Below are positions 1 to 8,632 of a stretch of 64,000 nt of DNA, in pieces. The DNA lies in IMG/VR virus record IMGVR_UViG_3300002835_000026; one strand, given 5' to 3'. The stretch is from a virus. The notes beneath the pieces were generated by a model, which was given only the letters and a program-made list of their open reading frames with translations, was not told where the DNA came from and did no database searches. Every line of letters starts with the position of its first letter. Positions within the stretch are counted from its first letter, which is position 1. The translations under genes were made by a program, and so were the position numbers.

Positions 1-303
1 ATTACCTGAGTCAAAAATATCGTCTACTAAGTAAACATGTTTTCCTTTAATTGGTATCTCTAAATCTTTAGTAATTTTAATATCACCTTGATTATTTTTA
101 GAAACATAACTTTTTACTCTAACAAAATCACATTCAATGTCTGTTGTTAATGCTTTTACTAATTCAGTATAAAACATAAAACCACCATTTAGAACACAAA
201 CCATAACAACTGGTGTTTTATCTCCTCTATGTTCGTCTGAAATGTTTTTTGCTAGTATTCTTGTTCTTATTTCTATTTGTTGTTGTCCAAATAGTTTGAT
301 CAT
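1..303 (-). CDS. hpt: Hypoxanthine/guanine phosphoribosyltransferase (3' end runs off the window)
   Basis: Not in the ORF track. My translation from the ATG at 303 is MIKLFGQQQIEIRTRILAKNISDEHRGDKTPVVMVCVLNGGFMFYTELVK...RVKSY...GKHVYLVDDIFDSGN. It has the HPRT motifs vLNGG, SY loop and the PRPP-binding VDDIFDSG, and an ATGA overlap with the upstream gene. Confidence 0.9.
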   Translation of the reverse strand, partial: MIKLFGQQQIEIRTRILAKNISDEHRGDKTPVVMVCVLNGGFMFYTELVKALTTDIECDFVRVKSYVSKNNQGDIKITKDLEIPIKGKHVYLVDDIFDSGN

Positions 304-581
304 AACAATTTTTTAATTTTTATAGAACCTTCATATTTTTTGTAACCTGTCTCACTTAAAACTACTACTGCAGGTAAGAATTGAACATCAAATAATTCTG
401 AGATAAATTCTGTTTCTTCTTCATCATTATCAATTTCTACTAACTTATGGTCTGGTCTTGCCTTAGCAATTTCGTTTATTGTAGATTTAATTTTAGTGCA
501 ATGATCACACCATTCTGTATAAAAGAAAAATATAGATTTTTCCTTACGTTGGATTGATTCTTTAAGTAATTTCTTATTCAT
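300..581 (-). CDS. Thioredoxin-family protein
   Basis: WCDHC active site; cis-Pro region VQFLPAV; 93 aa. Confidence 0.85.
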   Translation of the reverse strand: MNKKLLKESIQRKEKSIFFFYTEWCDHCTKIKSTINEIAKARPDHKLVEIDNDEEETEFISELFDVQFLPAVVVLSETGYKKYEGSIKIKKLL

Positions 582-594
582 GGTGATAAATATA

Positions 595-1254
595 TTATAA
601 AATAGAAAGTAATTTATCTGTATCTACTACTTGTCCAGCGTAATTAAATATATCATATATCTTTGAATTAAACATTTCGAAATTACTTGGGTAGATATAA
701 TAATCGGATGGTTGGAAAATTTTAGCTAATCGTGAATATACTTTTTGCTCAAAAATTGGCTCTGTTGGTATTGTATCTATAGTAAATAAATATTTAGCTG
801 CTTGTATATTATAAGCTCCATGACCTACAGAAATTGAACCAGGAAATGTTAAATTATATTTTACATCACCCCATTGTGATCCTATTATTTTTACACCATC
901 TTCAAGTAATTTAATCCATTGTTTTTGTTGTTCAAAAATAGTATCATCTACCCAATAATCATAAGCTGTTTTAATTACATACTTAGCTCCTAGATATTCT
1001 AATAGATTTAAACCTATATTAATTTTATCTAAATCACCTTTACCATAATGATTATCATCTTTATTTAATAATTCACAAACATAAAGATCACATAATTTAG
1101 CTATTTCTTCATTTGGAATACTATCAATTAAAACTATATAACTATTAGGGTAATACTTTTTAATTTGTTTAAGATATTTTATTAAGTGATTTGTTTTTTC
1201 AATTGCTAATGAACCTCCAATATAAGAAGTTATTAAGAAATATGTTTTATCCAT
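595..1254 (-). CDS. Hypothetical protein, possibly GT-A-like fold
   Basis: 219-aa ORF tightly packed in the operon. YVIKTAYDYWVD weakly resembles a GT-A DxD region. Confidence 0.5.
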   Translation of the reverse strand: MDKTYFLITSYIGGSLAIEKTNHLIKYLKQIKKYYPNSYIVLIDSIPNEEIAKLCDLYVCELLNKDDNHYGKGDLDKINIGLNLLEYLGAKYVIKTAYDYWVDDTIFEQQKQWIKLLEDGVKIIGSQWGDVKYNLTFPGSISVGHGAYNIQAAKYLFTIDTIPTEPIFEQKVYSRLAKIFQPSDYYIYPSNFEMFNSKIYDIFNYAGQVVDTDKLLSIL

Positions 1255-1435
1255 GTATATGAATTTTTCTAAGTGTAAATTTATGTCCTGAATCTGAGTT
1301 GATTTCTAATAATGCTTTAAAGTCTTCAGCTTTATCTTTAGTTTCAAACTCTAATACTTCTCCATGACCATCTAAGATGATCACAGGTATAGTAGCTTTT
1401 TCTGTTTCAATATGTTTAATAATAACATAACACAT
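1247..1435 (-). CDS. Small hypothetical protein
   Basis: 62-aa ORF overlapping both neighbours by 1-8 nt. Confidence 0.65.
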   Translation of the reverse strand: MCYVIIKHIETEKATIPVIILDGHGEVLEFETKDKAEDFKALLEINSDSGHKFTLRKIHIHG

Positions 1436-2205
1436 TATACACCTCTCTTTTGTCCGTAAGCAATAATATGATCTCTACCAGTCCAATTATAACCTTCTCT
1501 AGTACACATTTCAATTGAAATTGGATACATTCTAGTTAATTCTTCTGCTGTATCACCAGCTGGCATAATCCATGTTTTGTTTTTAGGAATACCTAACTCA
1601 ACTCTAAACGCTTCAATTTCAACTAAGTTTTCTTCTGTTCCATCCCATACTGGTTTTAAATGATAATCAGAATGAAATTCAATCATCTGTTTAATTTCAG
1701 GAATGTTAAGACGGTATTTGTTATGTTGGTCCACAAACTTTTGATCCACTTCTTTACCAAGTGGAGTAAGAATCCCAACCCTAGGAACACTATTGCTAAA
1801 CTTAGGGCTAATAGATAAGAGACCGATAGGAAAATCAGTCTCAATAAAGTGACTACCTTCAGTTTCCATAGTGATAAGAATACCTCTTTCATTTGCAAAA
1901 TGTGTTAATTCGTTTACTAATACTGGATGCATTGTAGGTGCGCCACCTGTTAACATCATTTCTTTAATATGAGGATTTTCATCATATATTTTAACGATGT
2001 CATTGAATGTAAATTTACCTTTTTCAGGGTGAATACTTGTATACCAAGAATCACACCATCCACCTTCACCAAACCAACATCTGTGAGTACAGCCTGTTGT
2101 TCTAACAGCAACTGTAGGTCTTCCTTGTCTACTACCTTCACTTTGAACACAAGGATAAATTTCTATCACTTGTATTTTTTTATTGTAATCTAATATTCTA
2201 TCCAT
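1435..2205 (-). CDS. queE: 7-carboxy-7-deazaguanine synthase (radical SAM QueE)
   Basis: EIYPCVQSEG...G.PTVAVRTTGC N-terminus; Cys cluster CTHRCWFGEGGWCDS; TGGAP, ETEGS and SISPK motifs; adjacent to queD. Confidence 0.92.
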   Translation of the reverse strand: MDRILDYNKKIQVIEIYPCVQSEGSRQGRPTVAVRTTGCTHRCWFGEGGWCDSWYTSIHPEKGKFTFNDIVKIYDENPHIKEMMLTGGAPTMHPVLVNELTHFANERGILITMETEGSHFIETDFPIGLLSISPKFSNSVPRVGILTPLGKEVDQKFVDQHNKYRLNIPEIKQMIEFHSDYHLKPVWDGTEENLVEIEAFRVELGIPKNKTWIMPAGDTAEELTRMYPISIEMCTREGYNWTGRDHIIAYGQKRGV

Positions 2206-2210
2206 AACTA

Positions 2211-2690
2211 TTATTCTGCTTCAAAAATTGATGAATTCTTACCGTGTTCAAAACACTCTACTTTAATTACTTTACATCTAGCACCATCTGTATTAGATAA
2301 TACTTCATTAAACTTATCTGATACTAGCTTGGCTAATGATTCACAACCCATTTTATCCATTAAATGTACTTTAGCTAATCCCATTTGTCCTAATTGTTCA
2401 AATACATCAGCAAACGGATCATCTTTTTCAACTAGTAATGTATGGTCCCACATATGGTCCATCCAATCTTTTAATCCATTTCCTACTGGTTTTGATTTAA
2501 ATCCTCCAAAATCAACAATCCAATTCATTTCATCTAATTGTTTATCTAAATCTGGTTGATTAGATGCAAACCATACTTTAAAGTAAATTCCATAACCGTG
2601 TAGTAATTGACAATGTGAATGTTGCGCTTTCCATTGTCTAATTGCAACTGAATAATTGTCAAATACTTTCGTTGAAATATATCTAGCCAT
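2211..2690 (-). CDS. queD: 6-carboxy-5,6,7,8-tetrahydropterin synthase QueD
   Basis: HSHCQLLHGY Zn/catalytic motif; WIVDFG, WDHTLL and GCESLA motifs. Confidence 0.92.
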   Translation of the reverse strand: MARYISTKVFDNYSVAIRQWKAQHSHCQLLHGYGIYFKVWFASNQPDLDKQLDEMNWIVDFGGFKSKPVGNGLKDWMDHMWDHTLLVEKDDPFADVFEQLGQMGLAKVHLMDKMGCESLAKLVSDKFNEVLSNTDGARCKVIKVECFEHGKNSSIFEAE

Positions 2691-2691
2691 A

Positions 2692-2940
2692 TTAATTATT
2701 ATTGAAAAAATTTACTATATCATTTATTGGTTTTGCTCCTATAAATCGAGCTTTTTCAACTCCATTATCTACTAAAACTACAGTAGGAACACTAGTTACA
2801 TTATATTGTTTAGTTAATGTGACATCATAGTCTACATTTACTTTATTTACTGGAATTTGTTTAGCAACTTGTTCCATAATTGGGCCTAATATTTTACATG
2901 GTTGACACCATTCAGCACTGAAGTATATAAATCCTTTCAT
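2692..2940 (-). CDS. Thioredoxin
   Basis: FSAEWCQPCK and YNVTSVPTVV motifs. Confidence 0.92.
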   Translation of the reverse strand: MKGFIYFSAEWCQPCKILGPIMEQVAKQIPVNKVNVDYDVTLTKQYNVTSVPTVVLVDNGVEKARFIGAKPINDIVNFFNNN

Positions 2941-2941
2941 A

Positions 2942-3139
2942 TTAAAATTGTTTTTCGTCTATTAATTCTATTTCTTTATTTTGTTGTTTTAAATATTTTG
3001 TACTTGAATATAGGAGTGGTTTTGCTTCATCCCAATTAGCTGACCAAACTGATTGACCACCTAATAAACCTACAAATACCTCTCCATCCTTATTCAAAAC
3101 TATATAAAACGGTTGTTTTTCTTCTTTTTGTTTTTTCAT
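2942..3139 (-). CDS. Small hypothetical protein
   Basis: 65-aa ORF abutting both neighbours. Confidence 0.65.
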   Translation of the reverse strand: MKKQKEEKQPFYIVLNKDGEVFVGLLGGQSVWSANWDEAKPLLYSSTKYLKQQNKEIELIDEKQF

Positions 3140-3291
3140 ACTAACTCTTCTACAATACCAATCAACTCACTTAATATAAGTATAACAGCTGCTAAAGCCA
3201 AGTTAAAAGATAAAGTAATATAACCTAATATTCTAATTCCTGATTTAAGGAAACTAACACGTTGATGTAATTTAGGATCTGGTTGTTTCAT
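3136..3291 (-). CDS. Small membrane protein (51 aa)
   Basis: Below the ORF-track cutoff. Translated by hand as MKQPDPKLHQRVSFLKSGIRILGYITLSFNLALAAVILILSELIGIVEELV. It fills the gap exactly, with an ATGA overlap. Confidence 0.7.
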   Translation of the reverse strand: MKQPDPKLHQRVSFLKSGIRILGYITLSFNLALAAVILILSELIGIVEELV

Positions 3292-4192
3292 GTTCTTTTA
3301 ATACTTTAGTTACTTCATTTACTACATGTTCCCATGTTACCGGACCTGTTTCGTCTGCATATTCTGCTGGGTCAGGACGACCTAATTTTAAAAACGCTTC
3401 TACACGTTCAACTGATGATGCTGATTTATAATCTGAATACCATTTACCGCTAAAAGTAATTACTTGCTTAGTGCCAAATAAGTCAATATCTGTTTCAACT
3501 TGATCTTCAATATATATTGGCTTATAAGACGTATTAGTCCGGCTATATACTGCGTTAAAGTCAAGGCCTAATGTATTGCAACACGCTGCGCCATCCTCTA
3601 ATATAGTGTATTTATCGCCGGTTAAGTACGGAGTATAATATGTTACTTTCTCAGCACCCCAATTACCTGCTTTAAACGCTTCATAATCAATATCACGAAA
3701 CTCTTGTCTACAATCTGGATAGATAGCGTGGTCACCTGCATGAATACCCATAGCAATTACACACTCAGTATTCTTTTGTTCAGCAATTGATAATGCAACA
3801 GCCTGAATAATTGAACTAAATATTTTATTGCGATTTGGAACTACAGTTACTTTCATATTTTCTTCAGCATAATGACCTTCAGGTACTTCAGAACCACCGG
3901 ATACTAATGATGAATTTAATAATTGTGCTAAACCATCTAATTTAATTACTTGATGTTTAACTCTAAGAAAATGATGTAAAATAACTTCTGATGTTTCAGA
4001 TTTGTATTTAACTTCATCTGCTTTACTATTTAAATAATCAACTAATTCTTTAGCTCGTTCTAATTCTACATTGTGTTTTTGACCATAGTCAAAGGATAAT
4101 GCTGTTACTTCATAACCATTGGCAAGTAGATGAAGCAGTAAGCTGGAGCTATCCATACCTCCACTTAGTGATAATACTGCTTGTTTTTTCAT
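3272..4192 (-). CDS. queC: 7-cyano-7-deazaguanine synthase QueC (Zn-site cysteines absent)
   Basis: PP-loop SLSGGMDS; FDYGQKH..EL, TVVPNRNKIF and GDHAIYPDCR motifs. Confidence 0.92.
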   Translation of the reverse strand: MKKQAVLSLSGGMDSSSLLLHLLANGYEVTALSFDYGQKHNVELERAKELVDYLNSKADEVKYKSETSEVILHHFLRVKHQVIKLDGLAQLLNSSLVSGGSEVPEGHYAEENMKVTVVPNRNKIFSSIIQAVALSIAEQKNTECVIAMGIHAGDHAIYPDCRQEFRDIDYEAFKAGNWGAEKVTYYTPYLTGDKYTILEDGAACCNTLGLDFNAVYSRTNTSYKPIYIEDQVETDIDLFGTKQVITFSGKWYSDYKSASSVERVEAFLKLGRPDPAEYADETGPVTWEHVVNEVTKVLKEHETTRS

Positions 4193-4193
4193 T

Positions 4194-4550
4194 TTAGAAT
4201 GTTACTGTATAAATTGTTTTAATAGATAAATCTTCAGCTTTATATTTAGCTAAGTCTTTATCTCTAGCTACTTCAAACTCTACTGATTGACCATTTTTAG
4301 TTTGAACCCATAATTCTTTAATGAATTCAGTTGATGTAATTTCGTTTTCGTCATTACGTGTTACTTTGAACACTGTTACTTTATTTTGCATAATTGCGTT
4401 TTGGTTAATTGATGAAATTGTTAAATTTGGGGTTGTTAAATTTGGTACTGTAAAACTAGGAGTATAACTACTAATATATGTACCTGATGATGTTGTTCCA
4501 ATACCTGTTGTAAATGTTTGTGCCATGTTATTGTTGTTTAAATAGTTCAT
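4194..4550 (-). CDS. Hypothetical protein
   Basis: 118-aa ORF with a Thr/Ser-rich N-terminus; start codon uncertain. Confidence 0.6.
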   Translation of the reverse strand: MNYLNNNNMAQTFTTGIGTTSSGTYISSYTPSFTVPNLTTPNLTISSINQNAIMQNKVTVFKVTRNDENEITSTEFIKELWVQTKNGQSVEFEVARDKDLAKYKAEDLSIKTIYTVTF

Positions 4551-4728
4551 AATCTTGTTTCTTTAATTCGTAATCCATACTATCACGTTTGTACTCCATT
4601 TCTTTATATTTAAGATCTTGTTTATAAGATTCTACAAATACTGTTAATAAAACCCAAACAGATAATCCTGCAAGGTAAAACAATATAATGTCTTGTTTTC
4701 TTTTAATCCAATCAATTAATCTTCTCAT
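4528..4728 (-). CDS. Small single-pass membrane protein
   Basis: Hydrophobic stretch IILFYLAGLSVWVLLTVFV; ATGA overlap with the upstream gene. Confidence 0.6.
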   Translation of the reverse strand: MRRLIDWIKRKQDIILFYLAGLSVWVLLTVFVESYKQDLKYKEMEYKRDSMDYELKKQDYELFKQQ

Positions 4729-5519
4729 TTTATAAACGATTTAAATTTGTTAATGTTACTTTGTATAACTTCTATTTCTTTTTTACTAAATTCTCTCTCC
4801 ATAAACTCTTCAATTTTATTTTTTGGTTTAGTTAATAAACCATATTCCTTATAAAACTGACCTAACGCACCTACAATAACTGGATTAGATGTGTCAACAG
4901 ACTTAATAAAAGCATATTTTGGATCATTATAATATAGGAATTCTTGGGGTAACGAGGCTCCTAATAAGTGAACATAATGACTATCTTTAATAATTTTTTC
5001 TTTATATAACCTAGAAATTATATAGATACGATTCATCATTTGATTAACTAATGGATTTAGATGATAACCATCATGTTGATAATATATAGATGAATGATTA
5101 AATGCAAAATGAGTATAACCTAAAGCAATACACTGATTATATAGATTCATAAAATCACCTAATGTATGTCCTTGCATCACTACCATTAATTCCGTTTCTT
5201 TAGGTAGTTGTTCTTTAATAACATTCATCCAATACTTAGCATTTCTATGAGTGAGTGCTGTATCATTCCATTCATCAGGAACAATAAAAATATCTGGTTT
5301 GATTAGATTAATTTTTTCAATTAAATCTTTTTCAGTGTGAGTCACACCTTCAAATAAACCATTATCACAAATTATAAAACGACCATGTCGTCTAGCTCTT
5401 ATAAAATATTCTTTATATGCTGTATGTTTATCAATTAAATGAGGAAGACAATAATCATAGTCGTTCCATAAATAAGATTTGTTTAATAAATTGAGAGGGA
5501 GTTCATGTGATACTTGCAT
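4725..5519 (-). CDS. TGT-fold (DpdA-like) 7-deazaguanine transglycosylase candidate
   Basis: TGT/DpdA-like motifs in the correct order: ICDNGLFE (cf. DSGxF), IVPDEW, VVMQG, VHLLG, SVDTS (cf. SxDS). First gene of the que operon. Confidence 0.7.
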   Translation of the reverse strand: MQVSHELPLNLLNKSYLWNDYDYCLPHLIDKHTAYKEYFIRARRHGRFIICDNGLFEGVTHTEKDLIEKINLIKPDIFIVPDEWNDTALTHRNAKYWMNVIKEQLPKETELMVVMQGHTLGDFMNLYNQCIALGYTHFAFNHSSIYYQHDGYHLNPLVNQMMNRIYIISRLYKEKIIKDSHYVHLLGASLPQEFLYYNDPKYAFIKSVDTSNPVIVGALGQFYKEYGLLTKPKNKIEEFMEREFSKKEIEVIQSNINKFKSFIK

Positions 5520-5533
5520 AACTTTATTTTATA

Positions 5534-5564
5534 TAAATATAAAAGATTTTTTTAATTTGCCAAA
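5534..5564 (-). promoter_or_regulatory. Bacteroidota-type primary-sigma promoter (-33/-7)
   Basis: Minus strand reads TTTG-19 nt-TATATTTA, upstream of the DpdA-like/que operon. Confidence 0.7.
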
Positions 5565-6061
5565 CTTAATTTTCTTTGTTCTAACCATTTTGGATAATGT
5601 GAAGCTATCTCAGTTAAAGTACCTTCTATTTCCTCAACATAATCATTTGCTAAATCTTTAGTACCACCTAAATGATACCTTAATGCTTCTTTAAAATCTT
5701 TAATACGATTAAACTCATCTTTCATCATATCTTCTCTTAAATGTTTTAAACGTTTAGCATATGATACTATGATTTCATCTTCTTTTTCTCGTCTGATGTT
5801 AAATCGTAGATTTTGCTCTCTAATAGCTAAAATTTCTTCAGCCATCCAATAATGCTCATAATCTATATACTTAGCATAAGGAGTATAATCAAAATCTCCG
5901 TTATCTATTTTGTTTTGTAGTGGTTGGTATTTGTGGAGATCTTTATGGATTGGAAATCGTCTCCACCAATAAAATTTATTAGCTCCATTCCATTTAGGTT
6001 TTTGAGGTGCTTTAATCTTATGATTAAATCCTAATTCTTTTAATATATCTTTTACTGTCAT
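5552..6061 (-). CDS. Hypothetical protein
   Basis: 169-aa ORF (KFYWWRRF) preceded by its own promoter. Confidence 0.7.
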   Translation of the reverse strand: MTVKDILKELGFNHKIKAPQKPKWNGANKFYWWRRFPIHKDLHKYQPLQNKIDNGDFDYTPYAKYIDYEHYWMAEEILAIREQNLRFNIRREKEDEIIVSYAKRLKHLREDMMKDEFNRIKDFKEALRYHLGGTKDLANDYVEEIEGTLTEIASHYPKWLEQRKLSLAN

Positions 6062-6065
6062 TGTT

Positions 6066-6097
6066 TAAATGTAATAAGGAATGGCCCGAAGGCCAAA
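6066..6097 (-). promoter_or_regulatory. Bacteroidota-type promoter with a C(UUCG)G hairpin in the spacer
   Basis: TTTG-20 nt-TACATTTA. The spacer region contains TGGCC-TTCG-GGCCA. Confidence 0.65.
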
Positions 6098-6103
6098 CCT
6101 AAT

Positions 6104-7135
6104 TTAAGATAACTCTATGGCTGAGATTCTATGTTTTGACGATTTATCATTAAGTAAATGCTTATTGATATAATCAACTATTAATGCTTTAATAAATGAT
6201 TCAAATTTAGGTGAGTAATATTTATCCATTAATAAACCCATCACATGACTCATTGGCTCTCTTCCTAACTTATACTCGTATTTATATAATTTTAAGAACT
6301 TATTAATATTATTTGTTTTAACAAGTGGAGTTATACCATAATGATTGTTATACAATAATAATGTTACTAACACTCTATTTTCTTCAGGTATTTTTGCGTT
6401 TGCTAAAATTTCTAAAGCTAATAATGTATTTTCTGTATCTGAAGATGCAAACATAGATTTTAACGTTTCATATGTTTCCTCATTTAATTCAATACTATCT
6501 TCATTAAATTGATGTTGTAATGAACTTGCTAAAACAATTTTTTTAGTTGTTGTTAATGAATTAGCAATTTGTTTTAGTTTTGATATAACTAAATTCATTC
6601 CTCTCTCTTCTTCAACAATTATATTAATTGACCTATCTCTATTATACACATATGAATTTACAATTTGATAATAAGATTTTACAATTGGATTTGCAATTGA
6701 TAATTTAGGATTACCATATCTCTTAACATGTTCTGTTGTTCCAAGGCAAACTTCAACATTATTTGTTTTTACAAATGGATCATTACTATGTAATTTAGTT
6801 TTTATATTACAAGGTAAAAATGAATATTCTACTAAGTTCGACTCTTTTATTTTATCATAAAACCAAATATCATCTATTACTAATGTATCAGCTTTAGATT
6901 CATCTGTTACTCGTTTAAATTTAACTCGTTCATTTAAATCTTTTAACTTATCTCTAGTAATATTATCTTTACCAAAACAAACTATATCACCATCTTCAAT
7001 TTTATTGTTTTTAAAATTAAATAAACTAGCTTTAAAACTATTAACATCTGACTCATTTAAGTAACCATATATTGTACTTGAATCTACAATAATGTTTCTG
7101 TTGTCTATCCAACCGCTTTTATAAAAATATATCAT
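6104..7135 (-). CDS. Hypothetical protein of the MoxR-vWA module
   Basis: 343-aa ORF directly downstream of the MoxR ATPase. Shares the LxSMxxSxDxxNxxxAxxILxN motif with 8398..8631. Confidence 0.7.
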   Translation of the reverse strand: MIYFYKSGWIDNRNIIVDSSTIYGYLNESDVNSFKASLFNFKNNKIEDGDIVCFGKDNITRDKLKDLNERVKFKRVTDESKADTLVIDDIWFYDKIKESNLVEYSFLPCNIKTKLHSNDPFVKTNNVEVCLGTTEHVKRYGNPKLSIANPIVKSYYQIVNSYVYNRDRSINIIVEEERGMNLVISKLKQIANSLTTTKKIVLASSLQHQFNEDSIELNEETYETLKSMFASSDTENTLLALEILANAKIPEENRVLVTLLLYNNHYGITPLVKTNNINKFLKLYKYEYKLGREPMSHVMGLLMDKYYSPKFESFIKALIVDYINKHLLNDKSSKHRISAIELS

Positions 7136-7139
7136 GTTC

Positions 7140-8354
7140 TTACTTCATTAAATATGAAACCAACTCTTTCTTTAACATTAAGCTTTTAAACTTATTAGCA
7201 TCACCATTATAGATTGACTTTACAATATGGTACTTTAAATCAACAGCAAATATATCTCCTATGATAATCTCTTTAATTCGATTAATTAAGCTATCATCTA
7301 TTTTATTATCACTTGAATAAAATAAACTATAATTGATTAATCTGGTTGCTAATGTTGATGCAATATCTGCTCTATAATTTTTGTCAGTTCCAATACATCC
7401 TTTTAATTCACCTAAAATATATTTTTCATTGTCATGAAATAACACATCATGTATTTTTACTAATTTATCTAATTTGTTATTGATAAACATTGTGAACATA
7501 CTTGCAAATTCAACACCAACACTACCTTCTCCAATCATTTGAATTAATGGTAATGATTTATCAAACGATTCTAATGATGATATTGAATTAAAAAACATTG
7601 ATGTACTTCTTGGATTGACATTTTTGGTAATTAGTTCAGGATGTAATAACATAAAATTGATACATCTGTTATCTAATTGATTTTGTTCAGCCCATTCCGC
7701 CCAACATGAAACATCATACTTTAAATTAACTGAGATGAATCGTGTTTTTTGAGCAGAGTCAATTGAATTAACAATATAATCATCTGTATCAGGATTACTT
7801 GTTAATATGATGTGCCAGTCTTTAGGTAGTTTCCAGCTAATATATTCTTGTCTATCAATTAACTCCATTACAGCTTGTATGAATCTCATATCAGCTCTAT
7901 TCCAGTCATCTAATAATAGAATACCACCTTTTGTTTTACCACTAATCCATTCAGGTGGACAATAACTCATTCGATTTTTACCTGTAAATTTATACCCTAA
8001 TTTAGTGTACTCATCTACTGCATGTTCATCAATCCAAACACATTTCTCTTCCTCGTTTTGACATACTTCAAATTGTCTGATTGGAAAACCTACTATGTCT
8101 CCTAACTCTTCAATTTGAGCTAAATTTAACTTAACAAAATCCACATTCAACTCTTTTGCTAATTGAATAATTGATGATGTTTTTCCAATACCACTTTCTC
8201 CTACTACTTCGACACTTACTACTGGTTTGCCTTGTTCCTGAAGAAATCGATTGTTACTAACAATGTGATTTAGGAATGATTTTAAATCTTTTGGATTTAG
8301 GGACACTTGATTTGATGATGAAGTCTCCGTACTTTTTTTAGAACCTTTTGCCAT
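7140..8354 (-). CDS. MoxR-type AAA+ ATPase
   Basis: Walker A GESGIGKT; Walker B LLLDDWNRA; sensor TSNP; DSAQKTRF; adjacent vWA gene. Confidence 0.85.
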   Translation of the reverse strand: MAKGSKKSTETSSSNQVSLNPKDLKSFLNHIVSNNRFLQEQGKPVVSVEVVGESGIGKTSSIIQLAKELNVDFVKLNLAQIEELGDIVGFPIRQFEVCQNEEEKCVWIDEHAVDEYTKLGYKFTGKNRMSYCPPEWISGKTKGGILLLDDWNRADMRFIQAVMELIDRQEYISWKLPKDWHIILTSNPDTDDYIVNSIDSAQKTRFISVNLKYDVSCWAEWAEQNQLDNRCINFMLLHPELITKNVNPRSTSMFFNSISSLESFDKSLPLIQMIGEGSVGVEFASMFTMFINNKLDKLVKIHDVLFHDNEKYILGELKGCIGTDKNYRADIASTLATRLINYSLFYSSDNKIDDSLINRIKEIIIGDIFAVDLKYHIVKSIYNGDANKFKSLMLKKELVSYLMK

Positions 8355-8381
8355 AATTTTTATCTTTTATTTCTTTATACC

Positions 8382-8413
8382 TAAATATAACAAAGATTTA
8401 TTGGGAAGCCAAA
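8382..8413 (-). promoter_or_regulatory. Bacteroidota-type promoter
   Basis: TTTG-20 nt-TATATTTA upstream of the ATPase. Confidence 0.7.
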
Positions 8414-8631
8414 CTCTCTGGTTCATATATTTCAATGTTCTTTTTATATAACTCAATAAATTTACCCCAACTATGCACATCAATTACTAATTGATATAAC
8501 TCTGTTTTAGTTGCTTTAATATCAGCTTGTTCATCACTTAAGTTAAATAGAATGGCCATAGCTACTACTAAATTGTCATGGTCGTCTGACTTAATCATGC
8601 TAGTCAGTTGTTTAATTTGTTCTGGTTCCAT
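8398..8631 (-). CDS. Small helical protein of the MoxR-vWA module
   Basis: 77 aa; contains LTSMIKSDDHDNLVVAMAILFN. Confidence 0.7.
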   Translation of the reverse strand: MEPEQIKQLTSMIKSDDHDNLVVAMAILFNLSDEQADIKATKTELYQLVIDVHSWGKFIELYKKNIEIYEPESLASQ

Positions 8632-8632
8632 A

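Noticed and set aside
1683-2559. Short ORFs overlapping queE/queD, and similar antisense ORFs over vWA, nrdJ, SSB, tape measure, sheath, scaffold and protease
   Set aside because: They lie inside well-supported genes and have no recognisable motifs.
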